From: a virus
IMG/VR virus record: IMGVR_UViG_3300045988_067909
Strand: one strand, 5' to 3'
Length of the DNA stretch: 64,000 nucleotides
Made by a program: the position numbers and the translations under genes. Position 1 is the stretch's first letter. Each line of letters starts with the position of its first letter. This document shows positions 59,022 to 64,000 of the stretch, piece by piece. Below the pieces are notes generated by a model. That model saw only the letters and a program-made list of their open reading frames with translations, had not been told where the DNA came from and ran no database searches.

Positions 59022-59060
59022 CCCAGTATAGTCATTGACTATACTGGGTATTATTTTTTT
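59022..59060 (+). terminator. Hairpin CCCAGTATAGTCA-t-TGACTATACTGGG followed by TATTATTTTTTTT
   Basis: 13-bp stem with a strong T-run. Confidence 0.75.
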
Positions 59061-59084
59061 TGTAAAAGTTAATCTTTATAGTTA

Positions 59085-59191
59085 TATACTATAACTGTGT
59101 ATGGTAGATACAGCTATTCGTAGTAGCTGTATCTAAATATAGCCATACACTTGTAGACTATAAGTCTACTTGCCGAAAGGAGGTGACTCCT
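59085..59191 (+). promoter_or_regulatory. Conserved cassette leader, copy B (TTGTAA -35-like, TATATACT -10-like, nested inverted repeats, AAAGGAGGTGA)
   Basis: Near-identical to copies A and C apart from the loop of the large inverted repeat (tattcgtagta). Confidence 0.6.
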
Positions 59192-59398
59192 ATGGCGAAT
59201 CCGGGATGCGTAGGTAACTACGCTAACCAATTAGCGGAACGTTCAGCCAATGTTGGCTGGATGATCCGCTATTGCCAAGATATAATCTATGATTATGTCT
59301 ATGGTAATAACGGTGTAAGTTTAGCCGAAGCTAAAAAAGCTGAAGCTTACTTGCTCCAACACGGTATTAGTCTCACTGTTGATCTAGACAAAGTCTAA
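59192..59398 (+). CDS. Small paralogous protein B (68 aa; MANPGCVGNYANQLAERSAN...), unknown function
   Basis: Same N-terminal 25 aa as A. The remainder aligns at about 35% identity. Confidence 0.7.
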   Translation: MANPGCVGNYANQLAERSANVGWMIRYCQDIIYDYVYGNNGVSLAEAKKAEAYLLQHGISLTVDLDKV

Positions 59399-59412
59399 TA
59401 CCAATTAATATA

Positions 59413-59455
59413 CATGGGTAGGTGTTCACTCATCTACCCATGTATTATTTTTTTT
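59413..59455 (+). terminator. Hairpin CATGGGTAG-loop-CTACCCATG followed by TATTATTTTTTTT
   Basis: 9-bp stem with a T-run 15 nt after the stop. Confidence 0.7.
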
Positions 59456-59477
59456 GTAAGTAAACTGTTTTACAATT

Positions 59478-59584
59478 ACATACTATAACTGTGTATGGTA
59501 GATACAGCTGGCAGGCTATAGCTGTATCTAAATATAACCATACACTTGTAGACATAGTCTACATGCCGAAAGGAGGTGACTCCT
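59478..59584 (+). promoter_or_regulatory. Conserved cassette leader, copy C
   Basis: Same architecture as A and B. The loop of the large inverted repeat is tggcaggctata and the small palindrome is GTAGAC-ata-GTCTAC. Confidence 0.6.
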
Positions 59585-59785
59585 ATGGCAGGATGTGTTA
59601 TGAATTACCATAATACATTAGCAGAAAGATCTACCAATTTAGATTGGCAGATCAGAACTGCTATAAGCCTAGTGATTGATCGTTACTTTGATATTAACAA
59701 TGTAACGCATCATGAAGCTATTAAGGCTTATCGATTCCTTAAAGCACAAGGAATCAAATTACCTATAACTGAAAATCACTTATAG
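59585..59785 (+). CDS. Small paralogous protein C (66 aa; MAGCVMNYHNTLAER...NVTHHEAIKAYRFLKAQGIKLPITENHL)
   Basis: About 65% identical to protein A. Confidence 0.7.
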   Translation: MAGCVMNYHNTLAERSTNLDWQIRTAISLVIDRYFDINNVTHHEAIKAYRFLKAQGIKLPITENHL

Positions 59786-59806
59786 GTAATAATAAAAATA
59801 ATACTT

Positions 59807-59846
59807 GGTGTGGTAATTTACAAACCCACACCTTGTATTATTTTTT
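59807..59846 (+). terminator. Hairpin GGTGTGG-N12-CCACACC followed by TTGTATTATTTTTTG
   Basis: 7-bp GC-rich stem with a T-run. Confidence 0.5.
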
Positions 59847-59860
59847 GTGTTATATGTGTA

Positions 59861-61084
59861 TTATTTTAAACCAAATGCTTCCATAGGATCCATCTCAACC
59901 ATTCTAACTTGGCTATCATGGAATGCTTTCATGGCAACGTTCTTAAGTTTAGATGCTATTTGTGGAGCAGCAGCACCAATATTCTTTACTCCTAGACGAT
60001 AGAAGATATTACCAGCACACGCATTACAAACACCATTCTCAGCCTCACATAAAGAAGCAAATCTAAACTGTACTGTTTTACCAATATATTGATTCATATT
60101 CTCAGAAGTCAACTCTACCAGTTTATTTCCTTCTTTCATAAAGCAATAGATGTATTCTTTTATATTGTCTTTATTTAGAGTGATTGTAATAGTACGTTTA
60201 GTACCACAGTCACTACCCTTGTCTAATGTCTGAATGTGTTGACATGCTGGCAGTAATAGTTTTTCCCAATAGCCACCAACTTCTGTACGGCTAGCACGAG
60301 AGTAAGGACCTTCGGCTAGAGAGTTAGCAAAGTCAGCATAGTCTTCTTTAGATATACCTGTCATATAGTTAGACATAATGATATTATAACCCTTAGTCGG
60401 ATCTGGGTTTTTAGTAATACCACGAACAACAAACATGTTTTTGAAATGGTTACTCATATTAGATTTAGCACCACTATTATAAGTATCCATAGCTGGGTCG
60501 TCTTTAAGAATCTCTTCAGCTAAGTCTAATAGTTCTTCTTGAATCTTCAATACTATTTTAGGATCTTTAGCATCTAACTCTTTACGATATTTCTTAATAA
60601 GTTCTTCTTTAGCCTTATTGATTTTTGTCGTAATAGTCAATAGTTTCATACTATAACTAGTAGACAATATATTTACATAAGGCATGAACTTTTGACCTTT
60701 CATAACAAAGTCTTGCATAACTTTAAGAGTCTTTCTATTCTCTAGAATAGCATATGAGATCTCTTGCATAATATTACCAACCATCTTCTTGGTAATTGGT
60801 TTATTGATATACCCAAACATATCAAACAAGTCTTTCTCGATGAATACTCTATTGAATACCCATAACCCTACAGTTGTAACAAAAGCATTCTTATTCTTTT
60901 TTCCTTCTGGTCCATATGAGCCAGCTGGAATAGTAACTAAATCATATGTATTGAATCTACGTTTACCGTTAAATTCACCAAACATGCCAATTACTGTAGA
61001 AGTCTTAGCACCCATATCTTGATCTATAGATAGGATATAATCTATATCTTTAGCATTAGTAATTCTATTAGATGTACGTTTCAT
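59861..61084 (-). CDS. Hypothetical protein, 407 aa, with a C-terminal Cys cluster (C-x5-C-x2-C)
   Basis: AAGGAGGTAATACGATATG ribosome-binding site on the minus strand. Confidence 0.65.
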   Translation of the reverse strand: MKRTSNRITNAKDIDYILSIDQDMGAKTSTVIGMFGEFNGKRRFNTYDLVTIPAGSYGPEGKKNKNAFVTTVGLWVFNRVFIEKDLFDMFGYINKPITKKMVGNIMQEISYAILENRKTLKVMQDFVMKGQKFMPYVNILSTSYSMKLLTITTKINKAKEELIKKYRKELDAKDPKIVLKIQEELLDLAEEILKDDPAMDTYNSGAKSNMSNHFKNMFVVRGITKNPDPTKGYNIIMSNYMTGISKEDYADFANSLAEGPYSRASRTEVGGYWEKLLLPACQHIQTLDKGSDCGTKRTITITLNKDNIKEYIYCFMKEGNKLVELTSENMNQYIGKTVQFRFASLCEAENGVCNACAGNIFYRLGVKNIGAAAPQIASKLKNVAMKAFHDSQVRMVEMDPMEAFGLK

Positions 61085-61169
61085 ATCGTATTACCTCCTT
61101 ACGGTTTACTATTATGTAAAGTCAATACTTTATGTCACCAAAAACATCTATGTAATTCTAACTATTCTA

Positions 61170-61187
61170 CCCCAAAATGGGGTTTTT
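61170..61187 (+). promoter_or_regulatory. Short GC hairpin CCCCA-aaa-TGGGG plus TTTTT, immediately upstream of the 61203 ribosome-binding site (possible attenuator or terminator)
   Basis: Seen directly. Located 16 nt before GGAGGAG. Confidence 0.3.
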
Positions 61188-61202
61188 ACGGAGGAGAAAT
61201 AA

Positions 61203-61820
61203 ATGGACTCTAATTTTAATAAAGAAAATAAAGTCTCCTATCAAGAGCTGGCCCCTAGTTTACAGGCGATGCTTGATGGTAAGGCTAGTGTTACAGTTCT
61301 TAATAATCATATTAATGACAATGCACGACATATCACTAACGATGAACGTGCTAAATGGAATGCTACATTACAAGACGCTAATACATGGGCTAAGAACTAT
61401 GTAAATGGTCTTTTAGGTGACTTTGGTGGTCAAGGTGTAACTTTGATGGATGTAGTCAAATCTAAATTAGATAAGACTGAATTCGAAAACTTTAAACGTA
61501 CATTAGCACGTATTGCTTTTACTGGTTCGTATAATGATCTTATTGATAAACCATCTGGTATCTCTTTCTCTGATACTGCAAATAAAGCTTTGAATGCTGA
61601 TCGTGCAACTTTAGCAGATAGAGCTACTGTAGCTGACCGTGCAACTAATGCTGACTTAGCGGAAAATGCTAAACGTGTTGGTGGTATTCGTGTAACTATT
61701 GATGGTACTGCTCCAGCTAACCCTGAAAATAATAAAGAAATCTGGTTCAATACCACAAACTTGACAGTTTACTTCTACGTAAATAATCAATGGAGAATGA
61801 CTCGTTGCGCTGTTGCATAA
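61203..61820 (+). CDS. Small tail-fibre-like protein, 205 aa, with the family N-terminal motif (HITNDERAKWN) and ADRAT tandem repeats
   Basis: GGAGGAGAAATAAATG. NADRATLADRATVADRATNADLAENA. C-terminus ...RMTRCAVA overlaps the radical-SAM start. Confidence 0.65.
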   Translation: MDSNFNKENKVSYQELAPSLQAMLDGKASVTVLNNHINDNARHITNDERAKWNATLQDANTWAKNYVNGLLGDFGGQGVTLMDVVKSKLDKTEFENFKRTLARIAFTGSYNDLIDKPSGISFSDTANKALNADRATLADRATVADRATNADLAENAKRVGGIRVTIDGTAPANPENNKEIWFNTTNLTVYFYVNNQWRMTRCAVA

Positions 61821-63010
61821 GTCCTTTAGAGGAGACTTTCTACAATCTAACTAACGTGCAACTAATGATGTCAACAGGGTGTAATCTTAGTTGCAGGTAC
61901 TGCTATCAGGATGATAAGAAGAATAAGAATATGTCTAAAGAAGTTATGGAATCTTTTATAGACTTCTTATGTGATACAAATCCTGATGTCCCAGTTTTAA
62001 TAGATTTCTTTGGTGGTGAACCATTAGTAAACTGGCCGATAATGAAATATGGTTTAGAACTAATGGATGATTTAGGTTTAACTGAAAAGAAACTATATTT
62101 TATGGTATCCACTAATGGTACACTTATTACTGATGAGGTAGCTGAATACTTCAGAAAGTATAATGTCCATATCAATATATCTATAGATGGTACACCAGAG
62201 AAACACAATTACGAACGTAATAATTCTTACGATAAAACTATAGAGGGATTACATAAGTTATATGACCATGGTCTTTGTAGAGACATTACTGCTAGACTTA
62301 CATTCCCAAACAATTATTTTGGTAGTATAGAAGAGCATGTAAGAAGTGTATTAAACTTAGGTATCCCTGAAGTTACATTTGCAGCTATCTTAGCTGGTGG
62401 TATAACTGATGAAGAGTTAGCCACTTATGAGGAATCTATGTATAGAACTGCTATACTTATTCTTAAGTATGTAGAATATGGCTTAGCAGTTATTCCTAAG
62501 TATATGAGAAACTTCATAATGATGGAACACATAAATCAAGATTTCAAACCTAGACAACCATGTCATTTTAAAACCAATAGAGGTATTGTAGTAGATACTG
62601 ATGGGGTATTATTCGGATGCTCTATTGTCCCAAATTCAGATTTTAAAGAATATTCTTCTAAAGTGTATTCAGATACCGTAATTGGTAATGTCAAATACGG
62701 TATAGCTTATAATCGGAATATTGGGGACAAATACCCTTGTACTACGGCAAATGCTAAAAATGACTGTATCAATTGTGAAGCCAAGAGTATGTGTTTACCA
62801 TGTGCTATGGAAAATATGCTATCATCAACAAGAGACTATCATTTAGTTGCTGATGATAAATGTAAATTAATTAAGGCTAGATATAGAGTTGCATTACGTA
62901 TTCATAATTGGATACTACGAAATAAATTCGGAAGTGTTGCAATGTCTAGGCTAAAAGAAAATCATCTTCTTGGGGAAGATAAGTATAGCATAAGTTCATT
63001 AATAATATAG
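61790..63010 (+). CDS. Radical SAM enzyme with a C-terminal SPASM domain
   Basis: CNLSCRYC (CxxxCxxC) near the N-terminus. FFGGEPL. CHFKTNRGIVVDTDGVLFGC (Cx13Gx4C) and CINCEAKSMCLPC (Cx2Cx5Cx2C) SPASM motifs. Start uncertain: ATG at 61790 overlaps the upstream gene, and alternative ATGATG lies at 61865. Confidence 0.7.
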   Translation: MENDSLRCCISPLEETFYNLTNVQLMMSTGCNLSCRYCYQDDKKNKNMSKEVMESFIDFLCDTNPDVPVLIDFFGGEPLVNWPIMKYGLELMDDLGLTEKKLYFMVSTNGTLITDEVAEYFRKYNVHINISIDGTPEKHNYERNNSYDKTIEGLHKLYDHGLCRDITARLTFPNNYFGSIEEHVRSVLNLGIPEVTFAAILAGGITDEELATYEESMYRTAILILKYVEYGLAVIPKYMRNFIMMEHINQDFKPRQPCHFKTNRGIVVDTDGVLFGCSIVPNSDFKEYSSKVYSDTVIGNVKYGIAYNRNIGDKYPCTTANAKNDCINCEAKSMCLPCAMENMLSSTRDYHLVADDKCKLIKARYRVALRIHNWILRNKFGSVAMSRLKENHLLGEDKYSISSLII

Positions 63011-63044
63011 AGTCAGTAACTTTAAGGGGAATTTTAGGAAAGAA

Positions 63045-64000
63045 ATGTTTTTAGAGTTTAAAGAAATAGGGAATGATGTAAGAGAAGTAGTATTCTATCT
63101 TACTAATGATAATAATATTGATTGTGACTATCTACCACCTAAGGGTAGACAATATATGTCTACCAGGGTGATAGATGCTATGATAGAGAAGATTACTAAG
63201 ATCTTTAAGGATTATAGACGTGTATATACTATCACATTCAAAGGTGGAGAACCTTTGATGTGTTGGGATAAGATTGTCTATATCATAGATAAACTAAAAG
63301 CTAATAATGTAATATGTAGATACAAACTATATACGAATCTGACTTTGATGACATTAGCTAAAGCTAAAGTTATTAAAGCTAATGCTATAGATGTAGTAGG
63401 TTATCTTGATGGTGAAGTAGAGCATAATAGTAAACATCGTACTGGGTATAAAGAAGCTATACGTGGACTAACTTGTTTACGTGAACTTAATATACTTAAG
63501 ACACATGTAACTATCCATATGACATTAATGGAAGATACTATTAAATACTTTGAAGATAACTTTGATTTCATTAGTAAGCTTGGAGTAAAGAGTATCTTAT
63601 TTGAACCAGCAGAATCTATAGATATAACTGGTAAATTTAAGACCTCTCTAAAGAAAGCTACTAAGTATGCTTATGAGCAATACTTCAAGTTTACTAAGAA
63701 TAGATTTGATGCATTATATCTTATATCATATTTAGATTATATAGTTCCAGATTATAAAGATACATCTGCTGATAGTAACTTCTTTACATCTGGACAACTA
63801 TATGTATCGCCATATGGTAAGTTATATGCTAATAGATTGGCATTGGTTAATGGTATTAGGCATATTGGTAATGTATACAGTAACCAATTAGTATTTCCTG
63901 ATACTATTGATATCCATAGCCACCCAAAATGTCGTGGATGTGTAGCTAAGAATGTATGTCAATCCTGTAGTGACATTGCTACATTCGATTCTAAATATCC
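63045..64000 (+). CDS. Degenerate radical-SAM / SPASM paralog lacking the CxxxCxxC triad (partial; continues past the window end)
   Basis: TFKGGEPLMCW, YTNLTLMT and GYLDG align with the preceding enzyme's FFGGEPLVNW, STNGTLIT and ISIDG. C-terminal CRGCVAKNVCQSC (Cx2Cx5Cx2C). There is only one Cys in the N-terminal 70 aa. Confidence 0.55.
   Translation, partial: MFLEFKEIGNDVREVVFYLTNDNNIDCDYLPPKGRQYMSTRVIDAMIEKITKIFKDYRRVYTITFKGGEPLMCWDKIVYIIDKLKANNVICRYKLYTNLTLMTLAKAKVIKANAIDVVGYLDGEVEHNSKHRTGYKEAIRGLTCLRELNILKTHVTIHMTLMEDTIKYFEDNFDFISKLGVKSILFEPAESIDITGKFKTSLKKATKYAYEQYFKFTKNRFDALYLISYLDYIVPDYKDTSADSNFFTSGQLYVSPYGKLYANRLALVNGIRHIGNVYSNQLVFPDTIDIHSHPKCRGCVAKNVCQSCSDIATFDSKY

Noticed and set aside
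1-64000. tRNA genes, CRISPR arrays, integrase or att sites, IS elements
   Set aside because: No T-loop or anticodon-arm-like GTTCGAATC-type motifs were seen in the non-coding stretches. No repeat-spacer arrays. No recombinase-like ORFs. The window looks like contiguous virulent-type phage sequence.

Overview
The window is a 64-kb stretch of a large tailed-phage genome with low GC content, and the ribosome-binding sites are near-perfect Firmicute type (AAAGGAGGTGA). No host genes, tRNAs, rRNAs or CRISPR arrays were found by eye.

Modules in order:

1. 1-3341 (- strand): the N-terminal 1,113 codons of a large, probably virion, protein that runs off the window start.
2. 3342-4202: an AT-rich divergent regulatory region.
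3. 4203-4733: a gene for an abundant 176-aa protein, flanked by terminators.
4. 5019-14609: a giant 3,196-aa tape-measure-like protein starting at TTG. It has coiled-coil and Gly-rich transmembrane segments plus three peptidoglycan-hydrolase-like domains (Cys-peptidase-like, phage-tail-lysozyme GILGNxxQES...CQWT, and CHAP).
5. 14610-15335: a 725-bp palindrome-rich non-coding region. It contains a strikingly G-rich, strand-specific long RNA hairpin and paired 20-nt perfect palindromes.
6. 15543-22017: a nucleotide-metabolism and early-like block. It holds a thymidylate-kinase-like protein with a degenerate P-loop, a protein with Pro-rich DIPELPPLP repeats, and an RNase H-like protein.
7. 22179-29949: five large genes. 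One is a 1,313-aa Q-rich protein with an internal tandem duplication.
8. 30579-44532 (- strand): a structural block with a 275-aa protein, a 1,465-aa protein, paralogous 772/789-aa proteins, and a 681-aa fibre-like protein.
9. 44612-45612: a candidate lysis pair, an Amidase_3 amidase plus a membrane protein.
10. 45705-54272: four tandem paralogous tail-fibre or receptor-binding genes, then two membrane-protein genes and a 524-aa repeat protein. All share the HxTxxERxxWN and GLMSKEDKxKLDxIExGANxYxHP modules.
11. 54486-59010: seven unknown genes.

Most unusual observations:

- Three self-contained expression cassettes at 30.03-30.40, 59.09-59.46 and 59.48-59.85 kb. Each has a promoter, a roughly 100-nt near-identical leader with nested inverted repeats, a perfect ribosome-binding site, a roughly 68-aa paralogous protein, and its own terminator.
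- Two families of terminator hairpins that reuse identical stem sequences throughout the window.
- A terminal operon at 61203 to beyond 64000. It encodes a tail-fibre-like ADRAT-repeat protein, a canonical radical-SAM/SPASM enzyme (CxxxCxxC plus Cx13Gx4C...Cx2Cx5Cx2C), and a degenerate radical-SAM paralog that lacks the cluster cysteines. This looks like a candidate phage-encoded protein-modification system.
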